Source of the DNA: Vulcanimicrobiota bacterium
Lineage (GTDB): Bacteria; Vulcanimicrobiota; Vulcanimicrobiia; Vulcanimicrobiales; Vulcanimicrobiaceae
Length of the DNA: 64,000 bases
Reading direction: 5' to 3'
NCBI GenBank assembly: GCA_963695225.1
Contig: OY968762.1
Location: forward strand, 2,368,001 to 2,432,000
Part shown: in pieces, positions 44,249 through 53,284 of the stretch
Layout: each line of letters begins with the position of its first letter
Numbering within the stretch: the first letter of the stretch is position 1
Made by a program: the position numbers and the translations under genes
Notes under the pieces: generated by a model
The model's database searches: none
What the model was told of the DNA's origin: nothing
What the model saw: the letters and a program-made list of their open reading frames with translations, nothing else

Positions 44249-46510
44249 GTGCGCGTGCGTCTTTCGCTCGGCAGCCTCGTCTTGATCCTCTCGCTCGGTT
44301 GGCTGGCGGGTTGCTCCGGCCGGGGCTCGTCCGTGCTCCCGACCGTTCCGGCGACGGGTCCGCAACCGGCGGCGACCGGAGCCTCACGTTCGGCGCAGGC
44401 GGCGACGCCGGCCCCGAACTTCCTCGGGTACGTCAGCTACTATTGGGGCGATCCCACGCAGTGGACGATCAACTGCGGCGCGCCGACGTACTATCCGCCG
44501 AACACGTGCCTCGTGGTGAACGCCGCGAGCGCGACGCAACTCGGCGGCCCGGCGCTCGCGGTCAACGAATTCGTCGCGATCACCGCGAACGCGGCGACGG
44601 CGAGCGCGAGCGGGATCACGGCGCTCTCGTTCACGACCTCGCTGACGCCGTTCCCCGGCTCGCCGCTCCCTCCCGGCTACACGGGACCGACGCCGGGCCC
44701 CACCGGCACGCCCGGCCCGAGCCCGGCTCCGAGCACGTCGCCGAGCGCGTCGCCCGGGCCGAGCGCGACGCCGAGCGCGGCGCCCTCGGGTTCGCCGAAT
44801 TTCCTCGGCTACGTCAGCTACTATTGGGGCGATCCGAAGCAGTGGACGATCAACTGCGGCGCGCCGACGTACTATCCGCCGAACACGTGCCTCGTGGTGA
44901 ACGCCGCGAGCGCGACGCAACTCGGCGGCCCGGCGCTCGCGGTCAACGACTTCGTGGCGATCACCGCGAACGCGGCGACGGCGAGCGCGAACGGGATAAC
45001 GGCGCTCTCGTTCACGACCTCGCTGACGCCGTTCCCCGGCTCGCCGCTCCCTCCCGGCTACACCGGGCCGACGCCCGGCCCAACGACGGCACCGACCGCT
45101 AGCCCGAAGCCGACCGCGACGCCGACGCCTACGGCCGCACCGACCGCGACCCCCGCGCCGACCGCCAGCCCCGCGCCTACGCCGACCCCGGCACCGACCG
45201 CGACCCCCAAGCCGACGACGGCGCCGACCGGCGGCGCGACGCCGCCCGGGACGAACTTTCTCGGCTACGTCAGCTATTACTGGGGCGATCCGAAGCAGTG
45301 GACGATCAACTGCGGCGCGCCGACGTACTATCCGCCGAACACGTGCCTGGTGGTGAACGCGCCGAGCGCGACGCAAGCCGGCGGCCCGGCGCTCGCGGTC
45401 GGCGACTTCGTGGCGATCGCCGCGAACGCCGCGACGGCGAGCACGAACGGGATCACCGCGACGGTGTTCGCCACCTCGCTGACGCCGTTCGCCGGATCCC
45501 CGCTCCCGCCCGGGTACACCGGACCGACTTCGGCGCCGACGGCGAGTCCGACCGCGGCACCCACGTCGACGCCGGCGCCCACTCCTAAGCCGAGCCCGAC
45601 GCCCTCGCCGACGGGGACCCCTGCCCCCGGCGGGCCCCATCTCTACGTTTCGACGGGGTCGCAAGTCGAAGTCTACCCGCTCGTGACGAGCGGGACGCTC
45701 GGCACGCCGCTTCGTACGCTCGGCAACGCCAAGGGTTCCGTCGGCCTCCAGATGGCGTTCGATTCGCACGGCAACCTGTATACCGTAGCGACGGATCTCC
45801 TGCGTTTCCCGGCCGGCGCGAGCGGCTCGGTCTCGCCGGACGTCGACCTCGCGTCCCCCGCCGGGTATCCGATGGAGAGCGTCGCCGTCGACGGGAACGA
45901 CTACATCTATGCCGCCTACGGCGATCCGACGGATTTGCAGGGCAACTTCCAAGGCAGCACGCTGCAAGTCTTCGCACCGGGCGTTGCTTCGAATTCCGCA
46001 CCGGTCTTCACGACGCAGCTCTGCCTCCCGTGGAAGCGCGTCGTGCGTTTGGTCGTCGCGCAGAATCACCTGAACGTCCTCTGCAACGACAGTTTCAACA
46101 TCGGCGTCCACGTGATGATCTATCCGCTCTACACGCCCGGAAGCACGCTGCCGGAGACTTACGAACTGTACGGCGCGTTGACGAACATGATCGACGGAAT
46201 AGGGCTGGCGGTCGATTCGAGCGCGAGCATCTTCCTCTTCAACGACAATTTCAATGTTTCGAACGGCGAGTACGGAAACGTCTACGCGGCGTCGCTGCAA
46301 AACAACGCCCCGCCGACCGCGACGCTCGCCTTCCCAGCCTCCAACGAGCCTGCGCACGACGGGAATCCCGTCTTCGATGCAAGCGGAAACCTGTTGTACG
46401 GTTCGGCGTCCGGGCAGATCGGCGTATTCGCCCCGGGCGCTCTCTCACCGAGCCGGTTCGTCGGCTTCGGAACCGCCCACGGCGCCGTCGGCGTTTCGAT
46501 CGGGCCGTGA
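44249..46510 (+). CDS. Lipoprotein with three copies of a ~90-aa repeat domain, P/T linkers and an NHL-like beta-propeller
   Basis: GGAGG then GTG 44249; lipobox WLAG-C; repeats NFLGYVSYYWGD...PPGYTGPT; C-terminal MAFDSHGNLY / VAVDGNDYIY blade-like motifs. Confidence 0.85.
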   Translation: MRVRLSLGSLVLILSLGWLAGCSGRGSSVLPTVPATGPQPAATGASRSAQAATPAPNFLGYVSYYWGDPTQWTINCGAPTYYPPNTCLVVNAASATQLGGPALAVNEFVAITANAATASASGITALSFTTSLTPFPGSPLPPGYTGPTPGPTGTPGPSPAPSTSPSASPGPSATPSAAPSGSPNFLGYVSYYWGDPKQWTINCGAPTYYPPNTCLVVNAASATQLGGPALAVNDFVAITANAATASANGITALSFTTSLTPFPGSPLPPGYTGPTPGPTTAPTASPKPTATPTPTAAPTATPAPTASPAPTPTPAPTATPKPTTAPTGGATPPGTNFLGYVSYYWGDPKQWTINCGAPTYYPPNTCLVVNAPSATQAGGPALAVGDFVAIAANAATASTNGITATVFATSLTPFAGSPLPPGYTGPTSAPTASPTAAPTSTPAPTPKPSPTPSPTGTPAPGGPHLYVSTGSQVEVYPLVTSGTLGTPLRTLGNAKGSVGLQMAFDSHGNLYTVATDLLRFPAGASGSVSPDVDLASPAGYPMESVAVDGNDYIYAAYGDPTDLQGNFQGSTLQVFAPGVASNSAPVFTTQLCLPWKRVVRLVVAQNHLNVLCNDSFNIGVHVMIYPLYTPGSTLPETYELYGALTNMIDGIGLAVDSSASIFLFNDNFNVSNGEYGNVYAASLQNNAPPTATLAFPASNEPAHDGNPVFDASGNLLYGSASGQIGVFAPGALSPSRFVGFGTAHGAVGVSIGP
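44414..45530 (+). repeat. Three ~280-nt near-identical coding repeats (about 44414, 44795, 45251)
   Basis: Directly visible; for example CAGTGGACGATCAACTGCGGCGCGCCGACGTACTATCCGCCGAACACGTG in each copy. Confidence 0.95.
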
Positions 46511-46669
46511 GGGGGCGTCGCATGCCGTTGTACTCATGCCGCGGGGAGCCGCGGCGAGTCGAAAGTCCTAGGGAATCCGGCATCGACCGCACGTCAAAGC
46601 GGGCACAAACAAGACGCGGGCAGCTTGGCTACACAAGCGCCCATATGGGATATCCCGGAGGGTAGGATC

Positions 46670-49624
46670 GTGCGCGTGCGCCTGTGGCTAGGCATCCTCG
46701 TTTCGGCCGTTTCGCTAGCCTGGTTCGCGGGTTGCGCGGGCAAGGGTACGACGACGATCCCGGCCATCCCGGCGACCGGCCCGCAACCTGCGGCGACCGG
46801 CGTTTCGCGTTCGGCGCAAGCGGCGACCCCGGCCCCGAACTTCCTCGGGTACGTCAGCTACTACTGGGGCGATCCCACGCAGTGGACGATCAACTGCGGC
46901 GCGCCGACGTACTATCCGCCGAACACGTGTCTCGTCGTGAACGCCGCGGGCGCGACGCAACTCGGCGGCCCGGCGCTGGCGGTCAACGACTTCGTCGCGA
47001 TCAATGCGAACGCGGCGACGGCGAGCGCGAACGGGATCACGGCGCTCTCGTTCACGACTTCGCTGACGCCGTTCCCCGGCTCGCCGCTCCCTCCCGGCTA
47101 CACGGGGCCGACGCCCGGCCCAACGGCGACACCGACCGCGACCCCGAAGCCGACCGCGCCGCCGACCGCGTCGCCGGGACCGAGCGCGACGCCGAGTGCA
47201 ACGCCGAGCGCCGCGCCCTCGGGTTCGCCGAATTTCCTCGGGTACGTCAGCTACTATTGGGGCGATCCCAAGCAGTGGACGATCAACTGCGGCGCGCCGA
47301 CGTACTATCCGCCGAACACGTGCCTCGTGGTGAACGCCGCGAGCGCGACGCAACTCGGGGGCCCGGCGCTCGCGGTCAACGACTTCGTCGCGATCACCGC
47401 GAACGCGGCGACGGCGAGCGCGAACGGGATCACGGCGCTCACGTTCACGACCTCGCTGACGCCGTTCCCCGGTTCGCCGCTCCCTCCCGGCTACACCGGG
47501 CCGACGCCCGGCCCAACGACGGCACCGACCGCTAGCCCGAAGCCGACCGCAACGCCGGTGCCGACCGCTAGCCCGAAGCCGACCGCAACCCCCGCACCGA
47601 CCGCCAGCCCCAAGCCGACCGCAACGCCGGTGCCGACCGCCAGCCCCAAGCCGACGGCGACTCCGACCGGGGCCGCAACCCCTTCCGGGACGAACTTCCT
47701 AGGCTACGTCAGCTTCTTCTGGGGCGACGCCAAGCAGTGGACGATCAATTGCGGCGCGCCGACGTACTATCCGCCGAACACGTGCCTGGTGGTGAACGCG
47801 CCGAGCGCGACGCAAGCCGGCGGCCCGGCGCTTGCGGTCGGCGACTTCGTGGCGATCGCCGCGAACGCTGCGACGGCGAGTGCGAACGGGATCACCGCGA
47901 CGGTGTTCGCCACCTCGCTGACGCCGTTCGCCGGCTCCCCGCTCCCGCCCGGGTACACCGGTCCGACGCCCGCGCCGACGTCCGCGCCGACGCCGACGGC
48001 TGCGCCGTCGAGTGCGCCGATGGTCGATTGGCCCACGTATGGGAACAACAATCAGCGGACCGGAGAAAGCTCCGACACGACGATCACCTCGAGCAACGTT
48101 GCGACGCTCAAGCTCGCATGGGCGCATCAAGGGTTCGACTTCAACGTGCAGACGCAGCCCGTCGTAGCGACGGGCGTCGCGAACGTTCCGTTCGACGGGC
48201 AGACGCATTCGATCGTCTACGTCGGGGGCGGTTCCGGGTACGTGTACGCTTTCGACGCGTTCAGCGGGCAAGTGCTCTGGACGCAAAAAGGGTTGGCCGC
48301 CGGATCCTATGCCTGCCCCGGCACCGCCGCGGGACCGTTCGGCGTGCAGGGGACGTTCGCGATCGACCGTGCGAACGGCGTCGTCTACGTCCCCGACGGC
48401 GTGCATCGCGTCCACGCGTTGGACCTGGCGAGCGGCGCCGACAAGTGGTCCGTCAACGTCGTCGAACCGGGAACGGACGACGGGTCCGACACCTCTTTGC
48501 AAGAGTTCCTGCACACGGGTCTGACGCTTGCGAACGGCAAACTGTACGGCGGCACGTCGTCGACCTGCGACCTCACGCCGTGGCGGGGCCGCGTCTTCGA
48601 GATCGACGTCGCGACCCACGCGCTGAAGACGTTCTATACCGTCTACAACTCCGCGCCTTCGGGGCAGCCTTCGGGTCCGTATAGCGGCGGCGGAGTCTGG
48701 GGCTGGGGCGGCGCATCGTCGGACGGCAGCTCGCTCTATATCGGCGTCGGCAACGCAGACACGTCCGCGCAGCAGTCCCCGTACGTCACGGCGCCGTCCG
48801 AAGCGTCCGGCTTTGCCGAGAGCGTCGTGCGCCTCTCGAACGACCTCGGGGTCGTCGACAGCAACTTCCCGAACCGCGCCACGAGCCCGGCGGCGGACGA
48901 CCTCGACCTGAGCGGCACGCCGATGCTGTTTACGCCGCCCGGCTGCCCGCCGCTTCTGGCACTGCAGGGGAAACAGGGGTATCTCCTGATCTACAACCGC
49001 TCGAATCTTGCGGCCGGGCCGCTCGCGGCGTTCCAATTTGCGCCGAGCACGAGCGAATCGCACTTCATCGGGCTCCCGGCGTACTCGTCCAAGACGGGTC
49101 TGCTCTACGCCGCCTTGCCGACGAGCATCGGTCCCTACGGCCCGGGGATGGCGATCCTGCAGCCCAACGGCGGCTGCACGGGGTTCAGCGTCATCGCGCA
49201 GCCTTCGTTCGGAACCGACTCGTTCAACTACGGCAACGCGGATCCGCGAGGTAGCGCGACGCTCGTGAACGACGTCGCGTTCATGGGGACCCCCGAAGGG
49301 ATCCTCTGGGCGCGGAACGCCAAGACCGGAGCCGCGCTCTGGGACAGCAGCAAAGCCTGGACGCCGCAGAGCGCCGGCGACGAGATCCGCTACGGCCCGG
49401 CGGTGACCGGCGGCTGGGTCTACGTCGTCGCGGTGGACAGCGGCTCGATCTACGCGCTGAACGTGAGCGGCGCCGCGACGAGCGTCGCCGCCCGGCGCGC
49501 GGCGGCGAGCACGCAGGCGGGCTCGAGCGCGCTGCCCGCGACGCGCCCGCTCCCGCCCGCCCCGATTCGATATCGCCCGCCGCAGCGCCGGCGCAGCCCG
49601 CTCGGGAAGTCGCTGCGGCGCTAG
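46670..49624 (+). CDS. Lipoprotein with the same three repeat domains and a PQQ-like beta-propeller
   Basis: GGAGG then GTG 46670; lipobox WFAG-C; DWPTYG...RTG...NVATLKLAW, YAFDA.SG..LW, GGGVW, DLDL PQQ-type motifs. Confidence 0.87.
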   Translation: MRVRLWLGILVSAVSLAWFAGCAGKGTTTIPAIPATGPQPAATGVSRSAQAATPAPNFLGYVSYYWGDPTQWTINCGAPTYYPPNTCLVVNAAGATQLGGPALAVNDFVAINANAATASANGITALSFTTSLTPFPGSPLPPGYTGPTPGPTATPTATPKPTAPPTASPGPSATPSATPSAAPSGSPNFLGYVSYYWGDPKQWTINCGAPTYYPPNTCLVVNAASATQLGGPALAVNDFVAITANAATASANGITALTFTTSLTPFPGSPLPPGYTGPTPGPTTAPTASPKPTATPVPTASPKPTATPAPTASPKPTATPVPTASPKPTATPTGAATPSGTNFLGYVSFFWGDAKQWTINCGAPTYYPPNTCLVVNAPSATQAGGPALAVGDFVAIAANAATASANGITATVFATSLTPFAGSPLPPGYTGPTPAPTSAPTPTAAPSSAPMVDWPTYGNNNQRTGESSDTTITSSNVATLKLAWAHQGFDFNVQTQPVVATGVANVPFDGQTHSIVYVGGGSGYVYAFDAFSGQVLWTQKGLAAGSYACPGTAAGPFGVQGTFAIDRANGVVYVPDGVHRVHALDLASGADKWSVNVVEPGTDDGSDTSLQEFLHTGLTLANGKLYGGTSSTCDLTPWRGRVFEIDVATHALKTFYTVYNSAPSGQPSGPYSGGGVWGWGGASSDGSSLYIGVGNADTSAQQSPYVTAPSEASGFAESVVRLSNDLGVVDSNFPNRATSPAADDLDLSGTPMLFTPPGCPPLLALQGKQGYLLIYNRSNLAAGPLAAFQFAPSTSESHFIGLPAYSSKTGLLYAALPTSIGPYGPGMAILQPNGGCTGFSVIAQPSFGTDSFNYGNADPRGSATLVNDVAFMGTPEGILWARNAKTGAALWDSSKAWTPQSAGDEIRYGPAVTGGWVYVVAVDSGSIYALNVSGAATSVAARRAAASTQAGSSALPATRPLPPAPIRYRPPQRRRSPLGKSLRR
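46835..47970 (+). repeat. Three further copies of the ~280-nt repeat (about 46835, 47228, 47690)
   Basis: Same sequence as the repeats in the upstream gene with few substitutions. Confidence 0.95.
47525..47668 (+). repeat. 36-nt tandem repeat x4 encoding a PTASPKPTATP(V/A/T) linker
   Basis: Unit CCGACCGCTAGCCCGAAGCCGACCGCAACGCCGGTG and variants. Confidence 0.9.
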
Positions 49625-49634
49625 CCGCAGCGGC

Positions 49635-50285
49635 CTACCGCAAGCCGATCGGAAGCGTGATGCTGACCGTCCGCCCGTCCGCGGTCGACGCAACGATGTC
49701 GACGTCGTAACTCCGGCCGAGCAGGAAGGTCGGGAGGCTCGGGAGCTGCTCCGTGCCCCCGAAGATGCCGGGCGCGATCTGCGGAATGCCCATCTGCCGG
49801 CCGAAGGCGCGCGCCGTGACGAACCCGACGTTCTGGCTCGTCGTGATGCGCACGAGGATCAGCCCCGGCGTTTCGAGCGTGCGTTCGTTCAGGGCGACCT
49901 CCACGATCGCGGGCGAGTCGGGCGCGGCGGCTTTCGGCGCCGGTGGGACGACGATGTAGTGGTACGGGTTCGGCGTCGGCTTCGGGGTCGGCCAAACGTC
50001 CGGAGGGGAAGCCATGGGCGGAACCGACAGCACCTGTGGAGCCGGGACCGGGGCGGCGGACGGAGCCGAAGCCGGGGCGGCGGACGGAGCCGAAGCCGGG
50101 GCGGCGGCAGGCGCCGGGGAGGTCCCGGCGGAGGGGGCAGGCGACGGGGTCGCAACCGCGGTCGGCGCGGAGGCCGGCGTCGCCGGCGCCGCCGGTGACG
50201 GAGCGGACGGCGGCACGGCCGCGGGCGCGCTCGTCGAGAGCAGCGCCGCGAGGCAAGCGGCGAGCGGCAGGATTCGCCGGGTCAT
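49635..50285 (-). CDS. Exported Pro/Ala/Ser-rich protein with C-terminal beta-sandwich-like domain
   Basis: Signal peptide; 24-nt repeat x2.5 (50048-50107) in the linker; C-terminus homologous to 58093-58566. Confidence 0.75.
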   Translation of the reverse strand: MTRRILPLAACLAALLSTSAPAAVPPSAPSPAAPATPASAPTAVATPSPAPSAGTSPAPAAAPASAPSAAPASAPSAAPVPAPQVLSVPPMASPPDVWPTPKPTPNPYHYIVVPPAPKAAAPDSPAIVEVALNERTLETPGLILVRITTSQNVGFVTARAFGRQMGIPQIAPGIFGGTEQLPSLPTFLLGRSYDVDIVASTADGRTVSITLPIGLR

Positions 50286-51790
50286 CGAACTCCCCGCGCT
50301 TCGGCGAGCGGCTGGGCCGGGGTCCGAGAACCGTTCGAAAGGCGCTGGAGGAATGGAAGCATGGAGAACTCCGGAGCAGCGGGCGGATTCGGCCCGGTAA
50401 GGAAACGCACGACGAGCCGTATCGTTCCCATCCCGAGCGCGCTATCAACCTTTTTCCCCGCCTTTCCTTCTTCGGTCCGTGGGGCCGGGGTCTCCAGGCC
50501 GGCGACCTCGCCCGCGGCGAGCCCGACGATCGCCCAATACAAGGCGCCGATCTTCGGGAAGAAGAGCAGGTCGTCGAGGCCCTGATGGAACGCGAACGCG
50601 GCGCACCCGGCGAGCGCGCCGAGGACGAGCGGCCGGCGCCGCGCGGAGCCGGCGCAGAGTGCGACGGGAAGCAGCAGCGCCGCCGCGGTGGCCAGGAACA
50701 ACGGGATCCCTCCTTCGACGAGCGCTTGCAGGTAGGCGTTGTTCGCGTGGGTCCGAACCCCGGGGACGAGCGATCCGACCGCGTACTCGAAGTTGTCGGC
50801 CCCGATCCCGAGCCACGGGTGCGCCAGCCACAGCGTCCAGGCGGCGGACCACAACTCGGAGCGCGTCCCCACGCCGCCTGGTTTCGCGCTCTCGCTCAAC
50901 GAAAGCATGTGCTCGAGCACGGCGCCGGTCGCGTGCGCCCGCACGAGCGAGGCCCCTTCGAACGCGGCGAGCGCCCCGAAGACCGCGAGGGCCGCCGGGA
51001 GAGCGAGTCGCCGCCGGCTCCCGGCCGGCGCCCCCCAAACGACGATGGCCAGGGCGAGGAAGGTTGCGGCCCATCCCGAGCGCGAGAACGTCAACAATTC
51101 TGCGGCGAGGCCGAGGCCGATCGCGAGCATTTCGCCGGGGACCGGCTTGCGGAACACGGCGAACGCCGCCGCGAGCGGGAGCGCGAGTTCCAGGAAGCCC
51201 GCGAGCTGATTCGGACCCTCGAGAGGCCCGGCGATCCGGGGGATCAGGTCGGCGCCCACCTGGAGCACGGAGGGCGCGCCGCCGAATTCTTGCGCGAGCG
51301 CGACGAGCGAGACGGAAGCGATGACGGCGAGCAGCGTAAAACGGATCGGGCGTTCGTCGGGATCGGTGCGCCAGGCCGCGAAGGCCGCGGCTGCGATCCC
51401 CAGATACTGCAATGCCTTCAGCGTTTCGCGCATCGCGGCATCGGGATGCGCGGCCTGCCCGATCGAGAGGGCCGTCGTCGCGAGGAGCGCGACCAGCGCG
51501 AGGGCGAGCGGCCCGACGGCCTGCCTGCCCGCCCACTCGATTCTTCCCGCCGCCGCGCGCAGCGCGAGACCGAGTACCGCCGCGGGCAGCGCGACCTTCC
51601 CAAGCGTGAGCGTCGTTCCGAACGCGGACCGGTAGAGCGCGAACGGCGCGGTCGCGATCAGCACGGCGGCCGCGTACGAAGGGCGGCGATACGCCAGCAC
51701 CGCCGTCGCCGCGAACAGTAGGAGGTAAGCGGCGAGCGAGAACGACCCCAGCTCGGGAGTCTGCAAGGCGTCTGCGGGGTTGAGGTTCAC
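50282..51790 (-). CDS. O-antigen ligase/Wzy_C family membrane protein
   Basis: RIAGPLEGPNQLAG, LTFSRSGW, R..LW..A...W..HPWLGIG..NF, HANNAYLQALVEGG. Confidence 0.88.
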   Translation of the reverse strand: MNLNPADALQTPELGSFSLAAYLLLFAATAVLAYRRPSYAAAVLIATAPFALYRSAFGTTLTLGKVALPAAVLGLALRAAAGRIEWAGRQAVGPLALALVALLATTALSIGQAAHPDAAMRETLKALQYLGIAAAAFAAWRTDPDERPIRFTLLAVIASVSLVALAQEFGGAPSVLQVGADLIPRIAGPLEGPNQLAGFLELALPLAAAFAVFRKPVPGEMLAIGLGLAAELLTFSRSGWAATFLALAIVVWGAPAGSRRRLALPAALAVFGALAAFEGASLVRAHATGAVLEHMLSLSESAKPGGVGTRSELWSAAWTLWLAHPWLGIGADNFEYAVGSLVPGVRTHANNAYLQALVEGGIPLFLATAAALLLPVALCAGSARRRPLVLGALAGCAAFAFHQGLDDLLFFPKIGALYWAIVGLAAGEVAGLETPAPRTEEGKAGKKVDSALGMGTIRLVVRFLTGPNPPAAPEFSMLPFLQRLSNGSRTPAQPLAEARGVR

Positions 51791-51835
51791 GACGCCGACG
51801 GGGTTCGATTCCGGCAGAGCGAACCCCGGTCGCCG

Positions 51836-53098
51836 ATGGACGAACCTCGCATGCGCGGCGCGATCGCGCGCAAGCGCGACGGCGGCGAGCTCGCGCCGGA
51901 CGAGTGGGCCGGGATCGTCGCGGCGTTCCTCGCCGGGGCCGTCGACGACGCGCAGATGGCCGCGCTCGCGATGGCCTGCGTGTGGCGGGGGTTATCGTTC
52001 GATGAGACGCTCGCGCTGACGCGCGCGCTCGTTGCGAGCGGCGAGACGCTGGAGTGGGGCGGATTGCGCCCCGTCGACAAGCATTCGACGGGCGGCGTCT
52101 CGGACGGAGCCTCGCTGATCGTCGTTCCGCTCGTCGCAGCCTGCGGCGTCCCCGTGGCGAAGCTCTCGGGGCGCGCGCTCGGCCACACCGGCGGGACGCT
52201 CGACAAGCTCGAAGCCGTCCCGGGCGTGCGGACCGATCTCGCCCCCGAGGCGTTCCGCGCCCAGGTCGAACGCGTCGGCTGCGCCATCGCGGCGCAGAAC
52301 GAACGCCTGGTTCCGGGGGATCGGAAGCTCTACGCGCTGCGCGACCGCACCGCGACCGTTCCCGGCATCGGGCTGATCGCCGCCTCGATCGTCTCGAAGA
52401 AGATCGCGGGCGGCGCCGCTTCGATCGTCTACGACGTGAAGGTGGGGCGCGGGGCCTTCATGCGCACGGCCGAAGACGCGATCGAACTCGCGCGGGCGTT
52501 GACCGCCGTGACGGCAGCGTTCGGGCGGACGAGCCGCGCGCTCGTGACGGACATGGACGAACCCCTCGGCCGCTGCATCGGAACCGGCCTCGAAGTCCTC
52601 GAGGCGCGCGACTTCTTGCGCGGAACGCGGCGGGCGCCGCGGCTCGAAGCGGTGTGCCTCGCGCTCGCCGGCGCGCTGCTGAACGGAGCGCAGGTGGACC
52701 GGCCGCAGGAGCGGCTCGCCGAAGCGCTCGCGAGCGGCGCGGCGTACGAACGGTTCGAACGAATGCTCTCCGCGCAGGGCGCGCTCCCCGGCGCGCTTTC
52801 CGCCCTCGCCCCGGACGCTCGCGGGGGGCGCATCCTCGCCCGGCTGGACGGTTTCGTGCGTGAGATCGACGCGGTCGCGCTCGGCGAGAGCGCCCGGGCG
52901 CTGACGGCCGAAGGCGGCGGGTGCTGCGGCATCGTCCTCGCCGCGAGCACGGGCGAACGCCTGTGCGCCGGGGAACTCTTGGCGACCGTTTACGGCCCCG
53001 CGGACGCGTCGCTCTTGGCGCGGGTCGAGGCTGCGTTTGCGCTCGGCGAGGAACCCGCTCCGGACCGGGCGCTGCTCGTCGCCTCGCTGGCTTCCTGA
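51836..53098 (+). CDS. pdp: Pyrimidine-nucleoside/thymidine phosphorylase
   Basis: KRDG, DKHSTGGV, K.SGRALGHTGGTLDKLE, LYALRD.TATV, SIVSKK, DVKVG.GAFM. Confidence 0.93.
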   Translation: MDEPRMRGAIARKRDGGELAPDEWAGIVAAFLAGAVDDAQMAALAMACVWRGLSFDETLALTRALVASGETLEWGGLRPVDKHSTGGVSDGASLIVVPLVAACGVPVAKLSGRALGHTGGTLDKLEAVPGVRTDLAPEAFRAQVERVGCAIAAQNERLVPGDRKLYALRDRTATVPGIGLIAASIVSKKIAGGAASIVYDVKVGRGAFMRTAEDAIELARALTAVTAAFGRTSRALVTDMDEPLGRCIGTGLEVLEARDFLRGTRRAPRLEAVCLALAGALLNGAQVDRPQERLAEALASGAAYERFERMLSAQGALPGALSALAPDARGGRILARLDGFVREIDAVALGESARALTAEGGGCCGIVLAASTGERLCAGELLATVYGPADASLLARVEAAFALGEEPAPDRALLVASLAS

Positions 53099-53249
53099 GG
53101 CCGCCCGAATGTCGTCCTGAGCTTGTCGATGGATGGCCCCGTGCCGGAGCCGTTCGCCTAGGCTTCGCAGCGCAGCTTTTCCGGCAGCAACGTTCAGCCG
53201 CGCAGACGCAACTGTTGACTCTCTTACCTTATACGCTTGCGTTAGCGCA

Positions 53250-53278
53250 TTGACTTTCGTAGTGCTTATCTTTAGATT
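53250..53278 (+). promoter_or_regulatory. sigma70 promoter of the TonB-dependent receptor gene (leaderless geometry)
   Basis: TTGACT, 17 nt, TAGATT; ATG 6 nt downstream; AT-rich patch. Confidence 0.75.
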
Positions 53279-53284
53279 AATAAA

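Noticed and set aside
44414..47970. Long repeats as a CRISPR array or DGR template/variable repeats
   Set aside because: Units are about 280 nt and in-frame coding; differences are not adenine-specific; no cas or reverse transcriptase gene in the window.
53242..53268. CIRCE-like TTAGCGCAT-N9-TAGTGCTTA over the TonB receptor promoter
   Set aside because: Only 13 of 18 consensus positions match in an AT-rich patch, and the target would be atypical.
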